Shown one piece after another: positions 17,201-25,219 of a stretch of DNA of 64,000 bases (its first letter is position 1; each line of letters starts with the position of its first letter). Source of the DNA: Phycisphaerales bacterium (GTDB taxonomy: Bacteria > Planctomycetota > Phycisphaerae > Phycisphaerales > UBA1924); assembly GCA_020853975.1 (NCBI GenBank), contig JADYXW010000043.1, forward strand, positions 16,045 to 80,044, in the 5' to 3' direction. The notes beneath the pieces are model-generated. The model made no database searches. It saw nothing but the letters and a program-made list of their open reading frames with translations, and had not been told where the DNA came from. The translations under genes were made by a program, and so were the position numbers.

Positions 17201-18427
17201 TCACTTGACGATCTGGCTCATCTTGAAGATGGGCAGGATGATGGCCATGGCGATGAAGCCGACGACTGTGCCCATCATGAGGATCATGATGGGCTCGATC
17301 ATGCCGGTAACCGCCTTGATGTGGTCCTTGAGCTGGCGCTGATAGAACGCGGCGATCTCGTCGAGGACCTCGCCGAGCTTACCGGACTCTTCGCCGGCGG
17401 CGATCATCTGGGTGACGGCGCGGGGCAGGACCTCGGCCTGGAGCAGGGGTTGGGTGATCTTCTTCCCCTGCTTGACGCTGGCGTGGACCTTCTTCCAGAG
17501 GCCCTTGAAGATCTGATTGCCCGAGATCTCACCCGTGATGGAGATGGTGTCGAGCATGGGCACGCCGGCGTTGATGAGCTGGCCCATGGTCTGGAGGGAG
17601 CGGCTGATGTAGAGGGAGCGGAACATGGTGCGGAGGATGGGGACGCCCAGCTTGAGCTTGTCGACCCAGAAGGAGCCGAGCTCGGTACGGGTGAAGGCGT
17701 AGATGCCGCCACCGACGCCCAGGATGCCGCCCAGGACGAGGTACCAGTTGGCGACCATGAACTTGGAGAGGCCCATGAGGAACTTGGTGGCCCAAGGGAG
17801 GACCTCTTCCTTGCCCTCGAAGACGCCGGCGAACTTGGGGAGCACGAAGGTGAGGAGGAAGATGGTGACGCCGACGGCGAGGCACCCGATGATGACCGGG
17901 TAGATGGCGGCACCGACCACCATCTTGCGGGTTTCGAGCTGCTGGGTGATGTAACCGGCGATCCGGTCGAGCATCTTGCTGAACGAGCCGGACATCTCGC
18001 TGGCGCGGACCATGTTGACGTAGAGCGGCCCGAAGAGCTTTGGGTGCTTGGCGATGGCCTCGCTGAACTGCTTGCCGCCCTCGACGTCGTGCTTGAGGCC
18101 CTGGACGACCTTCTTGAAGGCGGGGTGGGTGGTCTGTTCGCCGATGCCGTCGAGGGCCGCGCGAAGGTTGATACCGGCGCGGATCATGACGGCGAGCTGG
18201 GTGGTGAAGTCCAGGACGTGCTTCTGGGAGGGCTTGCCCTGGTTCATCTCCTTGAAGCGGGTCATGAGCCCGCCCGTGTCCAGGCCCGCGACGGTGGTGC
18301 TCAGCGAGAGCACGTGCGACCCCTGGTTGCGGAGGATGGAGGCGGCGCTGGCGGCGGTGTCCGCGGCGATGACGCCCGACTGGAGCTGACCGTTGCTCGT
18401 GCGGATCTGGTAGCGGTAGTTGGGCAT
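17201..18427 (-). CDS. pilC: Type II secretion F / type IV pilus platform protein PilC
   Basis: YRYQ...G N-terminus, FTTQLAVMIRAGINL, GKQFSEAI, YVNMVRASEMSG, AAIYP, MIAAGEESGKL, IEP....MG..VGFIAMAIILPIF. Confidence 0.93.
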   Translation of the reverse strand: MPNYRYQIRTSNGQLQSGVIAADTAASAASILRNQGSHVLSLSTTVAGLDTGGLMTRFKEMNQGKPSQKHVLDFTTQLAVMIRAGINLRAALDGIGEQTTHPAFKKVVQGLKHDVEGGKQFSEAIAKHPKLFGPLYVNMVRASEMSGSFSKMLDRIAGYITQQLETRKMVVGAAIYPVIIGCLAVGVTIFLLTFVLPKFAGVFEGKEEVLPWATKFLMGLSKFMVANWYLVLGGILGVGGGIYAFTRTELGSFWVDKLKLGVPILRTMFRSLYISRSLQTMGQLINAGVPMLDTISITGEISGNQIFKGLWKKVHASVKQGKKITQPLLQAEVLPRAVTQMIAAGEESGKLGEVLDEIAAFYQRQLKDHIKAVTGMIEPIMILMMGTVVGFIAMAIILPIFKMSQIVK

Positions 18428-18585
18428 GGGTCAGGAAGGCGCTGGGCGAGGTGAGCTTGGGGGTCCTGGTCTGTCGCGCACCAGCTCGGGCCTTCGGTTC
18501 TCCTGCGGGGGGTGCGATCCGTTCACGAACACCTGGGCTGCACGACGAACGCGCCAGTGCCCAGCGTCTGGCGCGCGACCCCTCG

Positions 18586-19641
18586 CTAGGCCGCGAGCTG
18601 GCGCTCGAGCTTCTCGGGGTGTGCGGACTGGGCGACGGCGTCCTCGCGGCTGATGAAGCCGTTGAAGTAGAGCTCCGCGATCGAGCTGTCCAGGCTGCAC
18701 ATGCCGATGGCGCGGCTGGTCTCGATGACGTTGGGAATTTCGAAGGTGCGTGCCTCGCGGATCAGGTTCCGCACCGCGGGCGTGCAGAGCAGCACCTCAA
18801 CGGCGGGCACCATTCCGGGGCGGTCCACGCGGCTGAAGAGCGTCTGGCTGAGCACCGCCTGCAGCGTGTTGCTGAGCATCGAGCGGATCTGGTTCTGCTG
18901 CCCGCCCGGGTACATATCGATGATGCGCTCCACCGTCTGGCTCGCGCTGCAGGTGTGCAGGGTCGAGAGCACCAGGTGGCCGGTCTCTGCGGCGGAGATG
19001 GCGAGCGCGGTCGTCTCGAGGTCGCGCATTTCGCCCACGAGGATGATGTCCGGGTCCTGACGCAGCGCGTGCTTGAGGCCGCTGGCGAAGGTCGGCATGT
19101 CCTGGCCCAGCTCGCGCTGCTCCAGCACGCACTGCTTGCTCTCGAAGACGTATTCGACCGGGTCTTCGAGCGTGATGATGTGCTTGCGGTAGCGCTGGTT
19201 CATCGCCTCGATCATGGCGGCGAGCGTCGTGGATTTGCCCGAGCCCGTGTCGCCCGTGACCAGCACCAGCCCGCGTGGCAGGTACGTGAGCCTCGCGATG
19301 ACCTCGGGCAGGCTCAGCGCCGAGAGCGGCGGGACCTTGGTCTTGATGATTCGCATGGCCAGGCCGACCATGCCCTTCTGCATGTGGGCGTTCACGCGGT
19401 AGCGGGCCAGCCCTTCGGCCTGGAACGAGAAGTCCGCGTCCTTCTGCCGCTCGAACGTCGCGAGCGCCTCGGGCGGGGCCATCTGCTCGAGGAACTTGCG
19501 GGCCACCTCCCGGGTGAGCACCGGCATCTCGAGCGGGGTCATGACCTGGTGGATGCGGACCGTGGGCGGCTGCCCGGCGATCAGGTGCACGTCCGACGCG
19601 TCCGCCTCGAACGCAGCCTTGAGAATCTGAGTCAGTTCCAC
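18586..19641 (-). CDS. pilT: PilT/PilU-family type IV pilus ATPase
   Basis: ASDVHL, RYRVN, Walker A GDTGSGKST, TLEDPVE, ALRQDPDIILVGEMRD, GHLVLSTLHT, AVRNLIRE; GGAGGA RBS before GTG 19641. Confidence 0.92.
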   Translation of the reverse strand: MELTQILKAAFEADASDVHLIAGQPPTVRIHQVMTPLEMPVLTREVARKFLEQMAPPEALATFERQKDADFSFQAEGLARYRVNAHMQKGMVGLAMRIIKTKVPPLSALSLPEVIARLTYLPRGLVLVTGDTGSGKSTTLAAMIEAMNQRYRKHIITLEDPVEYVFESKQCVLEQRELGQDMPTFASGLKHALRQDPDIILVGEMRDLETTALAISAAETGHLVLSTLHTCSASQTVERIIDMYPGGQQNQIRSMLSNTLQAVLSQTLFSRVDRPGMVPAVEVLLCTPAVRNLIREARTFEIPNVIETSRAIGMCSLDSSIAELYFNGFISREDAVAQSAHPEKLERQLAA

Positions 19642-19800
19642 GTCGGTTCCTCCAGCGGGGCGATTCCCCGGGAGGGATGATCGGTCCGACCCGGGGCGGG
19701 CTGGAACCCGTGCCCACAGGCGGCCCGGGCGTTCAGGCGGCACGGGCCGCACAGACCGACCAGGCGGCGCCGGCGGTGGGCGCGTCGGGGGGCCCGGGGC

Positions 19801-20265
19801 TCAGCCCTGCTTCATGAGCTCGCGGATGTAGGCCTCGAACTCGTCGTGGAGGATCTTCATGGAGGGCTTGTTCCACATCTGGCGGAACGAGGGCTCCCGC
19901 TCGATGACCCGCATGCGCTTCTCCCAGGAGGCGAAATAGCCGTCGCCCAACTGACCCATGCGATGGCTGAACCAGGCGATCTCGAAGACCGAGAGCTGCA
20001 TGAGGTTCAGGAAGTACAGGCGGATCTCCTCGTCGCTGTTCAGGCCCTCGACGTCGTGGGAGTGGACTTTGGCGAGCTCCGGGTTGTCGACGCGGAGGCG
20101 GCGGAGGGCCATCTGGAGTTCGACGAGCTTGGTGAAGTTCGCGACCTGCTGGGCGCGGTGCCAGATGCGGAGCTGGTGTCCGGCGTAGATGACGGAGGTG
20201 ACGATCGCGCCTGCGGTCACGGTCTGCAGGCAGATCTGGATGACGAGCAGTGTGGAGGGGTCCAT
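19801..20265 (-). CDS. Hypothetical protein, single N-terminal TM helix plus helical domain (DUF4760/DUF6082-like architecture)
   Basis: Strong C/G third-position bias; TM segment LVIQICLQTVTAGAIVTSVIYAG followed by QLR; family call tentative. Confidence 0.72.
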   Translation of the reverse strand: MDPSTLLVIQICLQTVTAGAIVTSVIYAGHQLRIWHRAQQVANFTKLVELQMALRRLRVDNPELAKVHSHDVEGLNSDEEIRLYFLNLMQLSVFEIAWFSHRMGQLGDGYFASWEKRMRVIEREPSFRQMWNKPSMKILHDEFEAYIRELMKQG

Positions 20266-20477
20266 GGAGGTGGATTGTTGGGCCCCGGGCCCGTGGCGGC
20301 GGATCGAACGGATGAGAAGCGGTGGCGGAACACGCGCCCTCTTTCGAGAGAATCACGCGCCCACGGCGGGCTCGCGCGCGCGTCGGGTTGCGGTGGCGGA
20401 ATACACAGGAGATGCACATCCTGAAATACTCGGTGGGCGTGCTGCCTCGGCCGGGCCCGTTGGACCTTCTTCATGCG

Positions 20478-20951
20478 TCAGGTGTGGGGCCTGGCTGTTG
20501 AAATAGAGACAATGATGTCCCGGAGCGTCTGCGGCAAAGGCACCTTGGCTTTGGCGACGTAGTCGTAGGTGACGATCGTTCCCTCACCGAGGGCGACGAC
20601 CTCACTCTGGGCCTTGCTGATGACCTCGTGGCGGAGTGTGAAGCGATCTTCCCCGATGTCGCCGAGTCGTGAGGTGACCGAGAGGGTGTCCGGGTAGAAA
20701 ACTGGGCGGCGGAACCGGCACTGAACGGACTGAAGGATGAACCCGACGCCCTGCCGTCCCAGGTGCCCAGACCCTTGTTCGGGGGCCTTCCAGCCCAGGC
20801 GCCGGATGAACTCGACTCGGGCGGATTCGAGGTAACGGAAGTAGATGGCGTTGTTCACGTGGCCCAGGGCGTCCATCTCACCCCAGGCGACGGGGATCTC
20901 GATGGCAAGGGCAGCGGAAGCGAGAGCCGAGGCCGGGTCATGGATGGGCAT
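20478..20951 (-). CDS. Acyl-CoA thioesterase, 4HBT/YbgC (hot-dog) family
   Basis: VAWGEMDALGHVNNAIYFRYLESAR, CRFRRPVFYPD; start ATG 20951 with TAGCTT 5 nt upstream. Confidence 0.88.
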   Translation of the reverse strand: MPIHDPASALASAALAIEIPVAWGEMDALGHVNNAIYFRYLESARVEFIRRLGWKAPEQGSGHLGRQGVGFILQSVQCRFRRPVFYPDTLSVTSRLGDIGEDRFTLRHEVISKAQSEVVALGEGTIVTYDYVAKAKVPLPQTLRDIIVSISTARPHT

Positions 20952-20956
20952 GTTGA

Positions 20957-20962
20957 AAGCTA
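20957..20962 (-). promoter_or_regulatory. Putative -10 (TAGCTT) for leaderless thioesterase gene
   Basis: 5 nt before ATG. Confidence 0.5.
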
Positions 20963-21179
20963 CGCTCACGGAGCCGGATTCGCGACGCCGGAACGGTCGC
21001 TTGACAGCGTGGATATGCTTGTGCGGGCGTTGTTCGCCGGAGGAACTGAGCCCGCGAAGGCAACTTCGCCGGCCGGCGGACGAACAGAACGGTGGTGTCG
21101 GCCGCTCCCGAGGGGGGGCGGGCTGGCGTTTTCTTTCCCGCACTCGGCGGGTCGGGCGGCTGAAGAACGGAGCCAGTGC

Positions 21180-22313
21180 ATGAAGACGACGCGTCGGACG
21201 GGGGCGGGAATGAACGGTCTCCGGGCCTTCAGTCTCATCGAGTTGCTGGTGGTGATCGGGATCATCGCGCTGGTGATCGCCATCGTCGTGCCCGCGCTCG
21301 GGTACGCCCGGGATGCGGCTCGGAAGAGCGAGACGACAAACGTTGCGAACCAGGTGTCGCAGGCGTGCCTGACGTTCCAGCAGTCCGAGGGGCGACTGCC
21401 GGGCTTCTTCTCCGCGCGGGCGATGGCGCACACGGAGAACTCCACGCGGGGCTTCACCGCGATGCAGAACGCCATGCTCGACCTGATGGGGGGTGTCGTG
21501 GATACGGCGACGCCGCCCGCGGCGGATGAGATGGTGGTCGGGCCGTCGACCACGGACGTGGTGAAGGTGAAGCCCAGCCTGATCGGGACGAACTCGGCGG
21601 GCAACAAGGCGTACTTCACCCCCTCGGGCAAGTACTTCAAGGTGATGAACCAGGCGCTGCTCGGGTTCGGGCGCACGGGCGCGGGGTACGGCTGGACCTC
21701 CAACGCCGCGGGCGCGGGCACGGCCCAGGGCGGCTATGGCGAGGTGGTGGACGCGTGGGGCAACCCGCTGGTGCTGTGGTCGATCGACGAGTCGCAGCAG
21801 GGTGAGATCGTGGGGGCGACCCCCGCCGCGAACAACTTCTCTCAGGTGCGTGCGCCGGCGAACGCGAACCAGCCCTCGGCGCGGTTCTACTGGAACGCCA
21901 ACGCGGCGGTGTTCACAACTGCCCAGTACGCGATGAACGGGGCGAAGCCTGGTGCGGCCAGCCTGCTCGACAGCGGCACGGGCGACGATGAGAAGCGCGT
22001 GAACCTGATGGGACTCCTGGGAAACCCCGCCTCGCCCAAGGCGCTCGTGAACGCGGCTGGTAACGCGCTGACCGCGGCCCAGATCCTGCCCAGCGCGGGC
22101 CGGGGCACGGTGATCGTGCACTCCGCGGGCAATGACCGGACGTTCCTCTCCACGCTGGACCGGGGCGGGAAGCGAGCGGGCGGTTCGAGCCCCCGAAACC
22201 TGTACTACGGGCTGAACTTCCGCGCCAACGCCACGTCGACGGCGGACCTGCCGGGAGGGCAGTCCTCCGACATCATGAACGAGTTCGACGACATTCTGAT
22301 CCCCGGCGGCTGA
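21180..22313 (+). CDS. Prepilin-type / GspG-like pseudopilin (377 aa)
   Basis: GLRA|FSLIELLVVIGIIAL; F...GRLP; VDAWGNPL (GspG DPWGNPY-like); VHSAGND; GGAG RBS. Confidence 0.85.
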   Translation: MKTTRRTGAGMNGLRAFSLIELLVVIGIIALVIAIVVPALGYARDAARKSETTNVANQVSQACLTFQQSEGRLPGFFSARAMAHTENSTRGFTAMQNAMLDLMGGVVDTATPPAADEMVVGPSTTDVVKVKPSLIGTNSAGNKAYFTPSGKYFKVMNQALLGFGRTGAGYGWTSNAAGAGTAQGGYGEVVDAWGNPLVLWSIDESQQGEIVGATPAANNFSQVRAPANANQPSARFYWNANAAVFTTAQYAMNGAKPGAASLLDSGTGDDEKRVNLMGLLGNPASPKALVNAAGNALTAAQILPSAGRGTVIVHSAGNDRTFLSTLDRGGKRAGGSSPRNLYYGLNFRANATSTADLPGGQSSDIMNEFDDILIPGG

Positions 22314-22345
22314 GCCCGGAGCGACGCCGAATCCGAAGCGTGCAC

Positions 22346-22374
22346 AAGTCCCGGCCATTGCGGCGGGGCTTTTT
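22346..22374 (+). terminator. Rho-independent terminator after the pseudopilin gene
   Basis: AAGTCCCG(G)CC/GGCGGGGCTT stem followed by TTTTT. Confidence 0.65.
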
Positions 22375-22421
22375 CGTTGGTAGCCTGACGCGACGGCGGG
22401 GGCCGGGGCGGAGGTGCCGGG

Positions 22422-25028
22422 GTGCGGAAGATCGGCTTGATGTTGGCGGGGGCCTGGGTGTGGGGCTGGGCGGCGGCGGCGCCCGCGCAGCTCGTGGTTG
22501 GCAATGACCTGCTGAGCGGCGCGACGATCTGGCTCGTCGACGTGACAGGCGCGAGGCCGCCCAGGGCCCTGGTGACCGGCACCGCCGCCCGCCTGCGGGG
22601 CCTCGCGGCGGACGACGCGGCGGGTGTGCTGTACTGGATTACCCCGACGGGGTTGTACCGGGCCGACTACACGCCCAGCGGCCCCTTGGCGCCTGTCTCG
22701 CTCGGGCCGATCACGGGGATCACGCGCTCGGTGTACGGGCTCGGGTACGACGCTCAGGGAGCCAGACTGATCGGACAGACCCAGGACGGGCTGGTGCAGA
22801 TCAACCCCGCGACGGCTGTCGCGTCGCCCATCTTTTCGCTCGCAGCCCAGGACCTGGGGGGTCTGGACTTTGAGCCTGTCACGGGCGTCCTCTACGGCTG
22901 CAACGACAGTGTGCTCAGCGGGCCGCTGGGCACGCGTGGGGTGTACCGCCTGAACGGGCCGCTGGAGAGCCCCACGTTCACGCGGGTCGCGGCGTACCCG
23001 GGAACGATGACGGACTTTGACGGGTTGGCGGCGGGTCCGGGCCGGGTGTACCTCGTGTATCAGACTTCCGCAGAACCCATTCACGTGCTGGACCTTCAGA
23101 CGGGACAGTGGGTGCAGACGCTGCCCAACCCTCTCGTGGGCACCGCGACGAGCGCCGGCGCGACGTGGGCCCCGGGGCTCATGGCGCTCGGGCCTGCCGC
23201 GGACATCGAGGTCGCGGTCGCGGCGCCACCGTCTTGCACGCTGCAGCCCGGCGAGGTGGGGGAGTTCGCGGTCGTGGTGACCAACCACGGGCCGCAGTCG
23301 GCGAGCGTCGCAGTGGCGATCACGCTGCCGACGACGGCGCCGTTTGCGAGTTCGACTCCACCCCTGACACCCGTTGCGGGGGTGCTGCATTGGCAGACGG
23401 CGGCGCTGGCATCCGGAGGGTCGGCGCAGGCCAGGGTGCGCGTAGTGCCGCAGACGCCGGGTGTTGTGCAACTGGGGGCGGCAGCGGCCGGCTCGCTCGA
23501 GGACCCGATCGGTGGGAATAACGGGGCGTCGGGGGAGACGGTGGTGCGCGCCCCGATGCCGGCGAGCGCTCGGGCGCGTGGGGTGCTGGTGGAGGGTGCG
23601 CCGGTGCCGGGGCTGCCCGGGGTCATCATTGCCGCCGGTGGGCTGGGACGCCCGACGCCGAGCCCGGATGGCCGTTGGTGGGTGGTGCGGGCCGGGATCA
23701 CGGATGGCGGGGCGGTGCTCTTGCGGGGCGAGGGCGAGGTTGTTGAAGTCGTCGCGAGAACGGGTGGATGGCCTCAGATTCCCTCGGCGCTCGGCGGCGC
23801 GTGGCCTCCCCGAGCGATCGATATGGCGGCCGCGGTGGACAACGCGGGGCTTGTGGCTTTCTCGGGAGAGACGACGGAGCCGGCGTCCCTGGACTCGTTT
23901 GTGGCGAAGCAGACGCCGGGCGGGTGGGTGCGGGTCGCGCAGGAGGGTGTTGCCGTGCCGGCTCTGGGGCCGAACGTGTGGTACGGCGCCTCGCGGGGCG
24001 GCGTCACGCTCAGCGCGTGGGGGGACACCTCGTTCTACGCCTCGCTTCAGGGGCCCGGGACCACTCCAACGACTCGGGAGGCGCTGCTCGCATTGGATGG
24101 CGGCCAACTCCTGGCGAGGTCCGGGGTGATGCTCCCCGCGGGTCAGGTCAACGGGGAGTTTGCGGCGTACCGCACCTTTGGCGTGGTCGGCGATCCACTC
24201 GGTGTCTTTGCCGCAGACCCTTGGGGCGCACGCTGGATGGCGAGGTGCTCTCTCGACGCGGATGCCTCGCACGATGAGGTGGCGGTGATGAACGGCGTGG
24301 TGGTGGCGCAGGAGGGCGCGCCCGGTCTGGAGCCCGGGTGCGTGGGCGCTGCGAACGGGCCGGCGGAGTTTGTGGGTGTGGACGCGGCCGGGCGATGGTG
24401 CCTGGTGGGCGCGTGCGCGACGGGCGGCTCGTGGGTGGCGCTGGAGGGGCAGGTTCTTGAGAGGAGCGGGGGGGCCATTCCCGGCGGATCGGGAGAATCG
24501 TGGGCGGGCGGGGGAGCCGTCTTTGTGCTCGCGGCGAGCGATGCGGCTGGCGGGCTGTTCGTCGGCGGGCGCACCGCCTCGGGCGGGCTGACGGGGCAGT
24601 GTGTCGTGGCGCCGGGCGGGATGGTGGTTCTTCGGTCCAACGACGCGGTGGACGTGAACGCCGACGGGTCGTTCAACGACGGCGCGTTTGTGCGCGGGCT
24701 CGTGCCGCACCTCGGGTTTGTGGATGATGCGAACCGTCCGTGGGCGGTGGTGGAGCTGCGCGGCGCCGACGCGGCGCTCTGCGGCGGGCCGGACGTGGTC
24801 GCCGGTCGGGCGCTCGTGGTTGTCACCGGGCTCACGCCTCCCGCGTGCGACCCGGATCTGAATCAGGATGGGAACGTGGATCAGGACGATGTGGCGTACC
24901 TGATCGACGTGGTGGGGGGCGGGGAAAACCCGAACGATATTGACCCGGACTTCAGCCGGGACGGGAACGTGGATCAGGACGACATCTCGGCGCTCATCAA
25001 CGCGGTGGGGGGGGGCGGGTGCCCGTAG
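22422..25028 (+). CDS. Secreted multidomain protein: propeller-like N-domain, DUF11-like domain, NxxGxxAF-type repeat region, C-terminal dockerin-like tag
   Basis: Signal peptide ...AAAAPA|Q; VVVTNHGP (DUF11-like); DNAGLVAF; terminal CDPD..NQDGNVDQDD x2..GGGCP. Confidence 0.8.
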   Translation: MRKIGLMLAGAWVWGWAAAAPAQLVVGNDLLSGATIWLVDVTGARPPRALVTGTAARLRGLAADDAAGVLYWITPTGLYRADYTPSGPLAPVSLGPITGITRSVYGLGYDAQGARLIGQTQDGLVQINPATAVASPIFSLAAQDLGGLDFEPVTGVLYGCNDSVLSGPLGTRGVYRLNGPLESPTFTRVAAYPGTMTDFDGLAAGPGRVYLVYQTSAEPIHVLDLQTGQWVQTLPNPLVGTATSAGATWAPGLMALGPAADIEVAVAAPPSCTLQPGEVGEFAVVVTNHGPQSASVAVAITLPTTAPFASSTPPLTPVAGVLHWQTAALASGGSAQARVRVVPQTPGVVQLGAAAAGSLEDPIGGNNGASGETVVRAPMPASARARGVLVEGAPVPGLPGVIIAAGGLGRPTPSPDGRWWVVRAGITDGGAVLLRGEGEVVEVVARTGGWPQIPSALGGAWPPRAIDMAAAVDNAGLVAFSGETTEPASLDSFVAKQTPGGWVRVAQEGVAVPALGPNVWYGASRGGVTLSAWGDTSFYASLQGPGTTPTTREALLALDGGQLLARSGVMLPAGQVNGEFAAYRTFGVVGDPLGVFAADPWGARWMARCSLDADASHDEVAVMNGVVVAQEGAPGLEPGCVGAANGPAEFVGVDAAGRWCLVGACATGGSWVALEGQVLERSGGAIPGGSGESWAGGGAVFVLAASDAAGGLFVGGRTASGGLTGQCVVAPGGMVVLRSNDAVDVNADGSFNDGAFVRGLVPHLGFVDDANRPWAVVELRGADAALCGGPDVVAGRALVVVTGLTPPACDPDLNQDGNVDQDDVAYLIDVVGGGENPNDIDPDFSRDGNVDQDDISALINAVGGGGCP
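24846..25028 (+). repeat. Dockerin-like tag copy 1 (60 aa + stop)
   Basis: C-DPDxNQDGNVDQDD...DPDFxxDGNVDQDD...GGxCP. Confidence 0.9.
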
Positions 25029-25219
25029 GGCGGCGAAAGGTTTGACTTGCGTTTGGGCGGGGGGTTGGTATACCTAGTGTGCGACGGTCGCCTCGAAGCG
25101 GCCGTGGACGTCGCGTGATCGGACCGAGCGGCCCCGCGGCCGGCGATGCGCGACGGGTGTCCCCGTAGGGGTGTCGATCTGTTCCGGCGACCGGTGAGAA
25201 CGAACGGAAAGGCTCAGGC

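Noticed and set aside
20330-20365. GAAA-capped hairpin as a c-di-GMP-I riboswitch
   Set aside because: The flanking conserved GxAAA and GACGCAAA elements and the second helix are not present; kept only as an unassigned structured leader.
21001-21019. TTGACA followed by TATGCT as a sigma70 promoter
   Set aside because: The spacer is only 7 nt. TTGACA at 52432 and 61913 also lacks a correctly spaced -10.
22178-22195. GGTTCGAG T-loop-like strings (also near 35067 and 41108) as tRNA fragments
   Set aside because: They lie inside well-supported CDSs and no cloverleaf can be built.
20478-24710. 1410-aa minus-strand ORF, and similar long ORFs at 6493-9885, 25214-28642, 28413-32042 and 37296-41294
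   Set aside because: Antisense shadow frames of real genes in GC-rich DNA (R/P/A/G-rich, no motifs). Only the 3' parts of 20478-24710 (thioesterase) and 6493-9885 (guaB) are real genes.
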